From assembly GCA_965644265.1 (NCBI GenBank), contig OZ286472.1, forward strand, positions 44,950,001 through 45,014,000: 64,000 nucleotides of DNA. Reading direction: 5' to 3'. This DNA comes from Glycera tridactyla. Taxonomy: Eukaryota. Below the pieces are notes generated by a model. It searched no databases. It saw only the letters and a list, made by a program, of their open reading frames with translations, and was not told the DNA's origin. A program made the position numbers and the translations under genes. Shown here piece by piece: positions 26,340 to 38,850 of the stretch (the first letter of the stretch is position 1; every line of letters starts with the position of its first letter).

Positions 26340-26513
26340 AACAGAAATGATACCTTGAGTGTCTGTGAATTTCATAAATGTTCGCCTTCTGTTGGGGATC
26401 CAGAAGGAGGAGTCTTGAATGATCCCACCCATGCCCATTTCATGGGCGTCACAATATAGCCCTGATGGAGCTGACGTGACGTTAAACCCCTAACAAAACA
26501 AACAGAACAAAAC
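26340..26513 (+). mobile_element. SINE-like family copy (longest in window)
   Basis: Overlaps both the 13152 and 5072 fragments; ends CACAATATAGC...GACGTTAAACCCCTAACAAAACAAAC. Confidence 0.65.
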
Positions 26514-26534
26514 TCATACATGCACATGTTTGGT

Positions 26535-26870
26535 TGAGGGGTTGGGATCACGTTGGGGGGAGAGGGGAAGGGTGGGGTGGGGCATGGGGATGGGTTGGAT
26601 GGGGTGGGGGCGGGGGAGTTAGGGACCAGGGATGGCAGAGGCTGGGAACGGGGGAGTGGATGAAGGGGGGTGGGTGGTTGGATGTGGGATGGGTGAGGGT
26701 CGGGGCTGGGGGACGGGGCCTGGGGATTGGTGGTGGTGGAGGAAGAACAGGTTTTGGGCCGGGAGTGGATGAAGTGGGATGGGTGGGTGGAAGGGGGCAT
26801 GGGTGGTGGTTGCCCGGGGATGGGTGGTGGTAGGGGGATTGGTGGGCTTGGTCTGGGGGGGGGGGGGGGC
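26535..26870 (+). repeat. G-rich low-complexity tract (potential G-quadruplex) next to an assembly gap
   Basis: Dense GGG runs ending in a long poly-G; the Pro-rich ORFs on the minus strand are by-products. Confidence 0.75.
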
Positions 26871-26921
26871 GTAACTCCAGATGTGTCCCCTTTCGACGAG
26901 CGACGTGCATTTGAGCCTCTT

Positions 26922-27167
26922 NNNNNNNNNNNNNNNNNNNNNNNNNNNNNNNNNNNNNNNNNNNNNNNNNNNNNNNNNNNNNNNNNNNNNNNNNNNNNNN
27001 NNNNNNNNNNNNNNNNNNNNNNNNNNNNNNNNNNNNNNNNNNNNNNNNNNNNNNNNNNNNNNNNNNNNNNNNNNNNNNNNNNNNNNNNNNNNNNNNNNNN
27101 NNNNNNNNNNNNNNNNNNNNNNNNNNNNNNNNNNNNNNNNNNNNNNNNNNNNNNNNNNNNNNNNNNN
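26922..27167. other. Assembly gap (N run)
   Basis: 246 N. Confidence 1.
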
Positions 27168-27400
27168 GCTAATTTAAAGATAAGATAAGATAAGATAAGA
27201 ATCTTTTTATTGCATAAGAAATGACATTTACAATTGACCTCGAGAGGTCGTATAAAGCACTTATGCATTCATGGTCGCAAAAGACAATACAATTCCATAC
27301 ATAACAATTATTTAAAGAAACATTGCTTTTGGGTTTGAGCATTTTATGTACAGGAATGATCGTGATAATTATGTGGGCGCATGTACTCGCGAACCCATTC
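27168..27400 (-). mobile_element. Probable 3' end of a LINE
   Basis: The minus strand reads CAATAAAAAGATTCTTATCTTATCTTATC, an AATAAA followed by a (TTATC)n tail typical of CR1/L2/RTE-type 3' ends. Confidence 0.45.
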
Positions 27401-27433
27401 ACATGTGTTCTAATTCAATGCATCTGAGATGAG

Positions 27434-27610
27434 GATTATTCTGAATAATATACACACATTCACACACTCACGTACATATATACTTCGACATCATACACAG
27501 GCATACCTTAATTGATTATTCTAAATAATATACACACATTCACACACTCGCATTCACATACTCACTTACACATATATTTCGACATCATACGCAGGCATAC
27601 CTTAAATGAT
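27434..27610. repeat. Two-copy degenerate direct repeat (about 80-95 bp)
   Basis: GATTATTCT(G/A)AATAATATACACACATTCACACACTC...TTCGACATCATAC(A/G)CAGGCATACCTTAA occurs twice. Confidence 0.85.
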
Positions 27611-27812
27611 TACGTATATCTCACTTATAACAGGGTACAGTTACACATGTTCCTATATCATACTGAGAATCACACTCCTGTTTTCGTATATCACAATCAT
27701 ATGATGCTTTGTGATAGCAATATTTGTAAGATACATGCGGGGATTTATATGACGTAAATCGAGGGAAAAAAACAACAAAAAAACAATTTGTCTCCCCGTG
27801 TGTGTGAGTGTA

Positions 27813-27871
<59 letters not shown>

Positions 27872-30800
27872 CTAAATGGACAGGATGTTGTGGCCGATTT
27901 TTCCCCCCAAACCGATGAATCATCTCACCCACTCGATCATGATAACCTTATTTCGAAACATATGGTATCGACGACGGACGCTCGTGATTACGAGACAAAA
28001 TAGTCTAGGGAGATTACCACGCTGAACTAATAAATAGGTTGTATTTGCTTCACTGATGTAATAAACGGCATGCATATCAATGATATGCAAACATGAGCAC
28101 GTCATTTACAAGATAATCACAGCCTGTGATCAGTGAGAGATATTTTGGAGTGTTTTTCTACCCTCCACGGTTTGACTGATTTTTCACCTTGAGACTGAAC
28201 TTGTAAGAGGTAGTACCTGTGGTCACATATGGCATGTGTGAAAATCTCATTTATCAACAAAAGCACCGAAGCATTTCTATCAGTTCTACTCTTGAGATGA
28301 TAACAATCTCTGGTGAGTAGATAGGCATCCTGCCCACAATGTGTGAATCTTGGGCAGAGTATGAAAGGCAATCTACCAGTTGCCTACCAGTATTCAACCC
28401 TCTTACTGATCATCGTCGAATACTTATGCAACTATCTATTGCCAAAGCCTGTACTCTTCTCTGTTCAGTATAGCGAAGACTTTGAAGCCCCAATTCCTGC
28501 TCATTGATCAATAGGGTTGCATCATATGTTTGTTGAGATGAGCTTTATTGGTTTATTAACGCATTATCTGCCAATGATTGAGAAATGAATTATTCAATTG
28601 GATAAATGACCGAAGGGGATAAATGAAAAGTGTATATGAATATCAAAGTATATAACTAACGCATACTATCCACTTCGAAATAGAAAGTTATATAAGAAAA
28701 AATGCATTATTCGAGGCTGTGGTCTGATTGATAAATGATAGATCCATTGCACTTGGGATACTAAAAATATTTACAGTACCTCCAAAGATTCACCAAGTTG
28801 TGTACGCCTGGAATTCCTGCGACGACAAGTATGCAATGGTATATCGAAAACAATGCTGATCAATAGTTCAAGACATTGAAGACACATGACTTGCGGGAGA
28901 TAGCGAAGGTAGGATGCATCCGATTGATGCTGCAGGATGAAAGATGGATATGGAGATAGAAAGAGGAGCATGTTCCGGCCAACAGTGGTGCCTCTGAGAA
29001 ATGCCAGTCCCCACGAATATATCAGCGCTGTGAGATATACCCGAACCCCCTCCCACTCACTGTGAAGGTCAGGTCAGTGTTAGCACTGGTTCGTCTCATA
29101 TTATTGCATCCAACCGGTGTGTTTATTTACTCCAATATTTTCACATACTACAGCCTCGAAGGCAATACCTTGATGCCAATCACTCAGGACAGAGCCGATT
29201 TGCGAAATGCTTGGAAAGGTGTTGCATTTACCAGGAGATCATTGCATCGGAAATTCTGTCATTTTCATTCATCATACATCTGAATATTAGATTTGCCAAA
29301 AACAAAATATCGTGCCATCATTGATTCACGTTATTGAAAATAATCGAAATTGGGCCTGAATCACCGAACGAGTATGCGTGCTATGTGAAATAGCATTCGG
29401 TTATACTGGCAAATGTAAATACATGTGTTGGGCAATCATGGAGCATCTAACTACATGGGAAGGCTTACTTGTATCAAATATTCTCATAATACCACTACCG
29501 ACTTCAACGAAAAAAATGACAGTGTCAACAATCAGTGTAAACCGAGTGTCTGAATAATAACCCTGAAGATGATAATCAGGATTTGCCATATTCACCAAAC
29601 TGTGACACTTCTATCAGCCGTTGTCTCATTGTATTCTGCGTGGAAGTATTCTTGTCAGCAACCCGAAGCAGCTCACTCAGAAATCTTGATATCAAGATCA
29701 GAAGTTATGATCGCTATCTCAATCAGTGTGATCTCCTGTCATGAAACTTATTCTTAGTGCCTTGACTGATTCTCATGATATCTCAGGCCGAGAGCAGGAG
29801 GCCTGTTTGTATTCACAATTGGTTGTTTGTATTGACCATGAGGCACATATCAGCTTTGCGCGTACCAAAATATGGTAGGAATGGTAGAATCCCTCTCATG
29901 GACATTGTATGAAAATCGAAACAAGTCGGACCAAAAACCAAAGAATGAGATCATAAATTCTCCTTTTGGTGTGAATGTATGATACGGAATTCAATGGAGA
30001 ATACGAGTGTCTGTCCGGGTGCAATGGGTTAGTGTATTTGTGTTCATGCGGAAGTAGGATTGAAAATGATTGCGATCTTTCCAGGAAATACCGACCAGAA
30101 CAGACAAATACCCGGAAAAATTCCGTCTGGCTATGCCGGAGGCCTCATTTAAGGAGCCACCTCGGGCAAACACATTATATTCTTTGAAATACCTCTAAAT
30201 TTGTCTGATGAAACAATATTGACCTATGGTGATCAGGATCACACAGGAAATTTGAAGCAAATTCAACCGATTCTGAATGTCATGACATTCGTGAACGGTA
30301 CCTTATCCTGTCCGTGATGTGTCACTGTGTAAATTTGCGATTACGTGTAGATTTTAAGCCCTAGTTGCATTCGGCAAATAATGATGAATCAGTGGCAAGG
30401 AATCTGGAAAGGAGGGCATGTCCTCGAAGTGAAGAGGACAGAGGAATATGAGGAAGACTGTGATGGAGAACTTCATCTTACGTAGTAGCTGGCTGGAGTC
30501 AATGCTGGGCGGCATTTTCTGAAAGTGATTGCTATACATTCGTTGTCCTATTTGGCTGTCCACCCAATCGGGACAGAACGGTAATACGACATGAGCTCTA
30601 TGTCAGGTGGTACATGTCGGTTTCTTTGTGTTCGAAACTGCGATCCTCGATGTTGTTTACCTGGTGATCGGTGTTGCCAAAACATGCGGCCCCAAAAAAT
30701 AAGCAATATTCAGTTCCTTTTTCACATTTTGTGACATATTTGTCATTCTACTGCACAGTTTGACCCATACCATAACAGAAAGAGAAACAAGACAGCTTAA

Positions 30801-31514
30801 CCTGCCCGAGGCACATAGAACAGACATTGCTTCAATGACAGTAACAACATGTTAGCTGCGAAGAAAAGTCATAACGCTTCGTGAACAAGAAATTTGTCGT
30901 GGCCTGACACAGAAGGCAAGGTAATAAATAATGAAACTGCTATTCCGTGGCCAGTTTTGTTGGCCGTAGAAGACTACAGCAAGTCACTACTTCTGCTTCT
31001 GAATCAGCTACCCCACCCCCCCCCCCCCCACACACACACAAATACTCATCATCACCACCATCATTCACCGCCGTCGTTGTCGACGATGTCATCGGCACCA
31101 CCACCACCATTAACAACAACAACAACGACAACAACACCAGCACCGCCACCACCATCACCGCCATCACAACCATCTCCATCGTCGTCGTCAGTGCCTATAT
31201 ATATGATATACCTAAGCAAAACAAAACACGCTCATATATATGATATACCTGAGCAAAACAAAACACGCTCATATAGAATTGTTCAATGCAAAGGTCATCG
31301 CGGGCAGGGGGTTAAATCGTTGGTTTGAAACATTTTTCTGAGAAGTCCGTAGGTGGAAATACGGCGGGCAATGGACAAAGTCAAACAGTGCACGCGGGTG
31401 AAGTTGATTGATCTGCCACGTTAGCATCTCTCATTTCATGACGTTCAAGGTATTGTGCCGTCAAATCTAGGTGAAAACCTAGATGTGTGTGTCCAAACAT
31501 TCAGTAGGGGAAGT

Positions 31515-31640
31515 AGTTGTTAAATGACACTTCCTCCGCTATATTGTGCTGCCCATGCAATGGTCATGGGTGGGATCATTCAAGACTCCTACCAGGTATC
31601 GACGGAAGGTTGAAATTCATGAAATTCACAGACACTCGAT
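31515..31640 (-). mobile_element. SINE-like family copy (inverted)
   Basis: CATGGGTGGGATCATTCAAGACTCCT...GAAATTCACAGACACTC is the reverse complement of 26355-26440. Confidence 0.65.
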
Positions 31641-32769
31641 ATTTGTATGAGAAGGCTTCTTTGTGGTCAGACTATCCTAGCCAAGTTCAGCATGTACTAC
31701 TTGGATTGAAATACACTCAGTCCGCTTGATACATGTATCCGTATTTCCCTTGTCCAACCAACGGGGATAGCCCAGGAATATTCTTTAATAAAAAATGAAA
31801 CACTTCAGCTAGATTCCCTGGTCGAAACTCACAATGTTCGGTGATTGTTTGGATCGAAACACCAAAGCTCATGATATATTCAGCGTGCTATCAGCTCAGC
31901 CCAGCATATCAACGAATCCTGAGCAAGGGACACTATGACAGCAGCGTCGACTATTAAGGTCCAAGGGACAATACCAAGGTCGCAGTGCGTCACTGTCTGA
32001 GCCAAACTCCCTTCCCCATCGAAAGAGGTCTAGTTCGATTGAATCGGTCAAACTAACACTCACATGGCCCGATTTAATAGTTCTGTCCATGGGATCTTCA
32101 AATCAGCCAGTCTAAGCCAGAGGAATCAGTTGATAAAAGGACAGTAGACTCTTCAAGAAAAATGTTCGTAGCCAATCTTCGTGATATGTGAGAAATATAC
32201 ATATCAAATTCCGATGATACTTATTCCTAGATGATTGACTGTCAATCGGGCGTGGGATACACTTCATAAATGATGGTTTGTTTCAGTCTGTGAATTGTTG
32301 AGTTGCTGCGACGTACGAGTAAGTCGCGAGTGCGCTTTTCCGCTTGGCTCAACCATGCCAGAGACACGCTTGATAACCCAGGGCTTGATGTATTGTTCGA
32401 TGCGTAGTTGATAGAGAACGAGGATGATGTGGGAATTTGGATATCGTGAACTGCGTCTTTCAGAACTACGCTGACGTGCTGAATAACCTACCAACACGAT
32501 AGATTTGGGCGCATGTATTGCCGCCCAGGTGTATCCTGAATCGAACTACATTCGGAAGAGATGGTATTGTGAACCATTCACATTTTGCCAACTTGTTATC
32601 AAAGCAACCATTGAAATGCGTTGAGCAACGGAGCTACATACAAAGCTTGCTGCTTTCTTTCGTGCGAAAATGCGAATGTATGGTGTTGGAATTTTGTATC
32701 TTCGGTAAATTCACCCTTCTGGTCAACTGCATTGATCAACATGCAGACATAATGGGCACGGTGGGCTGG

Positions 32770-33050
32770 GTGCTCGACAGTCACCCTCACTGTCTATAGT
32801 CTAGTACCCAACCACACCTGGATAGAGTAAACTGGTAGAGTAAGAAAGTGCCGTTTAGTTATCTCCATACATTCACTGAAATACTCCCCACTTCTCAATC
32901 GCATTAATTGGTGGGTACCCATAATGGACCCGGTGTGCTGAGCGCTCGACAATCACCCTCACTGTCTTAGTCAAGTACCTATCCACACATGGATAGTGTG
33001 AACTGGCGAAGTAAGAGGGGGCCATTCAGTTATATCCATAGTAGGAGGCC
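32770..33050. repeat. Two-copy direct repeat, about 173-bp period, SINE-core-like
   Basis: GCTCGACA(G/A)TCACCCTCACTGTCT...AGTACC...CCACAC...TGGATAG...AACTGG at about 32772 and 32943. Confidence 0.75.
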
Positions 33051-33462
33051 TAGTCTATGGAAATAAAAATTCGTTCAAATCTGAGTGATAGTGCAGGCCC
33101 CGTCAAGCGGGCCAACTATGGTGGCCAATTAATTACTCTCACATGACCATAGAACGAAGTGAACTATGAGTTCGGCACCCAGGCTGATATTCAGGATGCC
33201 ACATACTATTGCCATTGGTCTATTTCCTCTCATGAATGATGCAAGCAAATAAAACACGAAATTACGTCTCTAATTTTGCGTCTTATTGGCAATCGTTATG
33301 GAAATGAATGATAACGTTTGGCGAAGTAGCGCACGGGAGTCGAGAGTCGATCAAAATAGGCATTGAGTGGATATTAACGCGTAACGCACGATATATGAGG
33401 TAACAAGTGATCGACTCCGAGTATGGATTATTGACTCATGGACCCCGGATTATGGTATAAGC

Positions 33463-33753
33463 GTGCAGGACATGGACTGTTAGATATGCGACTTCTCACT
33501 GATGTGCAGGACATGCACTGTTAGATATGCGACTTCTCACTGATGCGCAGGACATGCACTGTTAGATATGCGACTTCTCACTGATGCGCAGGACATGCAC
33601 TGTTAGATATGCGACTTCTCACTGATGCGCAGGACATGCACTGTTAGATATGCGACTTCTCACTGATGCGCAGGACATGCACTGTTAGATATGCGACTTC
33701 TCACTGATGCGCAGGACATGCACTGTTAGATATGCGACTTCTCACTGATGTGC
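33463..33753. repeat. 41-bp minisatellite, about 7 copies
   Basis: Unit GCAGGACATGCACTGTTAGATATGCGACTTCTCACTGATGC; starts at 33481, 33522, 33563; no spacers. Confidence 0.97.
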
Positions 33754-33971
33754 GTTGTCTGACCAGCAGGGTGGCTCACACACCGGCCTCAGACACCGCT
33801 CATGATAGAGAAATCTTAACCCGTGCTTCTTTCGAAGATGCGATGACTCAAGGTGAAATATTAACTGAGTAGTATCGGGGAGCGGCATGCTATTTGAGTG
33901 GGTAATAGTAGGGCTGCATGAAACACAGGTGCAGGAAAGAGTGGTTAAACTTCGATAATTCAATTGATATA

Positions 33972-34141
33972 CAGTCGAACCTGCTCTAAAGACCACCTCT
34001 CTATAAAGACCACCTGACTATAAAGACCACCCTGAGCTGAGACCGTGGTAGTATTTTCAATAGTAAAGGATCAAAACCACCTGCCTATAAAGGCCACTTT
34101 TCAATGCGATCAAGGGTGGTCTTCATAGACAGGTTCGACTG
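33972..34141 (+). mobile_element. pogo/Tc1-like MITE with TA target duplication
   Basis: TA|CAGTCGAACCTG...CAGGTTCGACTG|TA; perfect 12-bp TIR that extends imperfectly to about 26 bp. Confidence 0.9.
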
Positions 34142-34921
34142 TAAATGTGTTTTCCCTTTGAAAGAAACTGTAATTGTCCACTTCATATTTTCTATTGTCC
34201 AGTTTCTAAAGTGGCTAAAATACCCGAAGTCCTTGCATACATGGAAAAAAAAAATACAAGATGAATCCGGAGGACTTGAATTCGAAGGCATTTCATCGGG
34301 AGGAAACTATATTCGACGACTTCATATTTTTTGAGTTTCACTTCCCACAAAAGTTGCATACATGGAGGAAACAATGATCCAAAATGAATTAGGAGAAATG
34401 CCAATTCGAGAGCATTTTGACAATTCATTTGATATACATATGTATTTCTTTTTAGAAAAAAACCTCATTAGCTCGCTTTGTATATTTCCAGTCTAGAGTG
34501 TCCAAACTTTCCACGGTCGTTGCATACAAGTGAGGATGAATGATACGAGACAAATCCAGAGAATTCCGATCCGAAGGCATTCTTTTAAATGTCATCTGAC
34601 ATACACATATGTTTCCTTGAAAGAAGAGCATATTTGATCGCTTCATTCTTTTCTACACAACAAGTACCACACGAATCACCGTGCAAGAAAGAACCCCACC
34701 AGTGGACTAAAAGGTGCGTCTTTTTTCCAGTATCCATACTCGAACATGCGACACCGCTGGTGTGAAGATTCTGCCTTGCAGCCGTCGGCGGCTGGGATAC
34801 ACATCACCTGGATCCAGGCACCTTCATGAAGTTACAAATGGCTTCATCAATTAAATTCTAATTATGAGTATACATACACCTCATTTCCCCTGCAAGTCCG
34901 ACTTCCTCAAAAGTGCATGTG

Positions 34922-35096
34922 CAATCATACCTGCCCGAGAGACCAACTCTCTATAAAGTCTACCTGCCCATGAAGGCCTCACTGAGCTGCGACCATGATA
35001 GTATTTCCACCAGAAAATGACCGCTCTATGAAGACCACCTACCTGAAAAGTCACTTCAGTGCGACCGAAGGTGGCCTTCATAGGAAGGTCTGACTG
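34922..35096 (+). mobile_element. pogo/Tc1-like MITE, diverged
   Basis: Same internal motifs as 33972-34141; ends GGTCTGACTG|TA. Confidence 0.75.
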
Positions 35097-35114
35097 TAAA
35101 TCACGTTCAGTCAG

Positions 35115-35900
35115 ATTCATCTATATTCCTACAGAATGACTAGTGATTTGAAATGCCAATTTTCGTGATCGACAATGATATCTTTTGCTTGCACGATGAG
35201 TGATTCTCTGAAACATGGACCGTATTCCGGTATTTCGAACTGGCAAATATCGGTCATGGGGGTCATAGTTGTTCAGGTCATCTATGTCAGGTGCAGAATC
35301 TTGATCGAGAAATATTAGACTGAATGAGTCAAGCATCATCCTTGACCTGGGGTGAACAGCCGACTTTCCCACGGATGCTGACCAGTGTGGGAACATTGAG
35401 TATAAAAGTCGCGACACAATGGGATCCCATTACGCATGACTGGACCCAGACCATGGATGTGTCCACCTGGTAACCGCTTATATCTGTCCAATCGATATTG
35501 AGATACTACTCCGTGGATGCTCTCCCAATGAGCGCAGTAATCCACGTATATACTCTTACTATGCGCACAGCAGCTGCTCCATCAACGATGATGACTTCAA
35601 CCTGCTTCAAGATCGGCGATTTACCTGTTCGCCCGTGAAAGAACTACTGTTGTTCTTCACAAAGAAAAGGGAATTGTCCCCGGCAGCGGTGCCTCCGTCT
35701 GTCAGCCTTTTCAGTGTTTCAGTCCGATGTGACCCGAGAAAGTACAAAGGACGTCAGACCCGATCAAACAAAATCCAGAATACTCATGACATTTGTTCTG
35801 AAATACTCCCAACTAAGTCCGATTCAATGAATGTGGCTACGATACATATATGCAACCTCTTGATACTACGAAGTCAGCTTTCAAACTTCCTTCGACTACG
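35115..35900 (-). mobile_element. Decayed Academ-like DNA transposase fragment (PIN/XPG-like nuclease region)
   Basis: Collinear motifs across frameshifts: SLKADFVVSRGCIYVS, LFFVKNN, GKSPIL, VIIVDGAAAV, LNIDW(D)RY with a 1-nt loss, and an (ADT)R-SMF-like stretch. The order matches my recollection of AcademX-type proteins. Confidence 0.45.
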
Positions 35901-38009
35901 TTGTAAGCGGTGAATATAACTGACCGCCTGCGCTGATGTGCCATTTTGGTGTATACATACATCATATCATGAAAAAAATCCTCTTTTGCAAGAGGAATCA
36001 TTGTGCCAAGTACAGGATCGCACCATGGGAAGTTTCTGGAGTGATCTTTCGAGAAGCCAACCTGATCAGAGAAGCAGTTATACATATTGCGTAAAATGCA
36101 ATGAGCAAAAACAAACTAGCCAGGTGTGAGAAAGCTCATTAAGAAAATACCATGCATGGATCCTACCTTGTGTAATATTACAGGACGTGAGAAGGTAAAG
36201 CCCCGTGGTCCGGTGTTCGCTAGTGTGAGTATCAGGTTCGGAAGTGCTTAGTAGTCGAGTGCACCAAGTAGCCAGTAGTTTGCATGCTGCCTGGTCACGC
36301 TCCGTTGACTCCTTATAAGTTGGCAGGATCTTTCTGCTCATTTGACTCATACTGAAGCCCCGCCTCCCGAGCCACAAAACACATGGTTATTGTTTCCTGA
36401 CTTCTCAACCATGTGGGAGAAATGGTTCTGGGTTAAATGGGTTGGTATATCTGCATGCAAGTGAATGCCTTGTATTAAATGCACCCGGTTACTTCAAAAG
36501 GAGGAATTTCTGACAATAAACATAAAAAGGGTTATAAATGTCTAATGAAATATTAGATAAGTGATCGCGCTAAGGCAGTGGAGACTCAGAAGTATAGACG
36601 CACAAAGGACTGACAGTAAAATGTTGTTTCGATTCACAGAATATACATTACGATTCAAACCTTCAACTGTCCTTACATCTCTAGCCGACCAGCGAAGGGT
36701 TTTATTGTTTTATCATGATCGTACAGTTTCAGGTGAAACACAGTTTCAGGTGGAGAAATTGCACGAGTTCTCCCTTGTAAGGTGTCGAGACTATATTTCA
36801 ACTTGAATAGGGACAGAATGGCCACGTTTTTCTCCATCTTTTTGCTGCTTGTCAAACACACACTCACTAGTCGGATGGTGTCCCAGGATTAGGCATATTG
36901 AAATATGACATTTTCATGTTGTTATGCACAGACTGTGTGTCTATTGACTGGCATTCAGTTAGTGACTCGGCAATCTGTGTCAGATATTCAGCGAATGTCA
37001 GTCAATCTGACCATACGTACACAAGCAATAATATGTAAACACCCAGTCTGGAGGGTCAGAATCGGTGTGAAGTTACGACACAGTCATACTATTTGTAGTC
37101 ATAAAGGAAGGTATAAGTTGCATTGAGGGTCATATTAGTCATATTCAGTTCCTGTTGCCAAGTTATATAGTAGCAACGTCAATACATCATAGGAAGCCAG
37201 CCAAGATTGATGTTAAACGACGTCAAATAAGAAAAGACCCATTCTCATACCTATTTGCAAGTATATATAAGATCATATATATATATATATATACAACGGA
37301 TGGGCGGACAGACAGACAGACAGACAGACAGAAGGCAGGCTAGGAGACAGACAGAAAGAGAACCATCTGTCACATGAGTGGACAGGCAGAAAGGCAATAC
37401 AAAGACGCAAGACATTTATGTAGACATCGTCCTGAATACCCAGAGACATACGGAGGCAGTGAAAGTGAAAGAGAAACGGGAAGATAGGGAGATCCGTTAC
37501 TGTTTGCCACATCCGAACATTTCATAGCCATCGACATTGTCCAATCAAGGCCATGGTACTGAGGGTGACAGATAACACCAGGCAGTGTCACTTCCTGAGA
37601 ATTTACAATGATCGAGTCCGTGAATATGTAATGCCCTGGATACTCGAGAACTCGCACATCAAAAAAAGTATGAAAGTGGGAGTAATTACCTCAGCTAGAA
37701 AGAAAGGTGTCCGTTAATTTCACACCAGCCGAATTTATGAGGTTACGCATGATGATAATGACTCATATGGGGCATGTCACGCGTGAACACTGTCTAGATC
37801 CTCGTTACCACCGGCTCAAGGCGAGTAAAATCCAAATTATGTCTTCGAAAAGAGAGACGTGGGGTGGATGAATGAAATGAATACCGTCCTATATGATTTA
37901 GTGCCTTTGTGAAGATAGAGCATGTGAGAGATGGAGGGGCGGAGAGTAAGCGAGAGAGAGTGGGTAGTCAGACAGACGGACAGGCAGACAGACTGGCAGA
38001 GACAAACAA

Positions 38010-38850
38010 ACGATACAGTGGCATTCGTCTGTATTGAAATCCTATATCAGTTTCCACTCGCGGCAACATTTTTCCAGCATCATCCTGTCTCAAACCAGGA
38101 GGCAACATCATTCTCAGTCTATGGCTTCAGTTGGACTCAATCTTGGTCTGATTCCATGTCGGCGGTTTGTGAATGGTTCAAGGGGAAGAAAGCGCCTGCT
38201 GACGTCATCCTCTATGGTTCTGCACCATGCACCTTCCTCTGCTTGAACACCAGAGAATCGCCAGTCTGACCAACATATTGTTTTCGACACACATTGCATT
38301 TGATGCAATGTATCGTGTTTCATGCAATAGATTAGGTTTCTCCTCTGGTATGTAACATTTTCCTTTGCTTAGTTCTCTGACTGATGAATATACACTTGAG
38401 TTACCTTGTTTCATTCAGGAGTGGGGGAGTCTTACATTCCAGGTTGCAGCATCCATACATGTTTTTGCTTCGTGTGAACCCATCTCTCACAAGTGAACTC
38501 ACTGTGATCCTGCTTTCACCTGGAGTCTTTTTTGTTTGTTCGACTGTTCGCTCTCAGCCCAGTGCAAACCTGAACGTTTTGATCTTCCAAGTGCTTACTT
38601 CTTTGGTGACAGGTCTAATCCTGAAAGGCACAACCCTCTGCCTGTGATTGAATTTTGAAGCCTCCCCACTTGTGCTTGCAGGTGCGCATATGCTGAGGAT
38701 GAGTACCAGTGTAGCCATTTTCGCCTGATGTCATGTTCTCTTCATGTGGTCTGAGACGATTAGTGTAGTGTATGGGTTCACAATCCATATGGGTGGACTT
38801 CCTCACACTTGTCCCGATCTTCAAGCCCACGACTAGCTGCAGCAACAGCT
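38010..38850 (-). mobile_element. Decayed Penelope-like element (RT thumb, Cys linker, GIY-YIG endonuclease)
   Basis: KIGTSVRKSTHMDCEPIHYTN (resembles TSVYRKPTHTDQYLHY), GCCNLECKTPPLLNET (Cys linker) and IHCIKCNVCRKQYVGQTGDSL (GIY-YIG), in the correct order but with stops and frameshifts. Confidence 0.7.

Noticed and set aside
26372-27268. Long Pro-rich ORFs
   Set aside because: They read through an N gap and a G-rich low-complexity tract.
33463-33753. 41-bp repeat as a CRISPR array
   Set aside because: Head-to-tail copies with no unique spacers, no cas genes, and a eukaryotic context.
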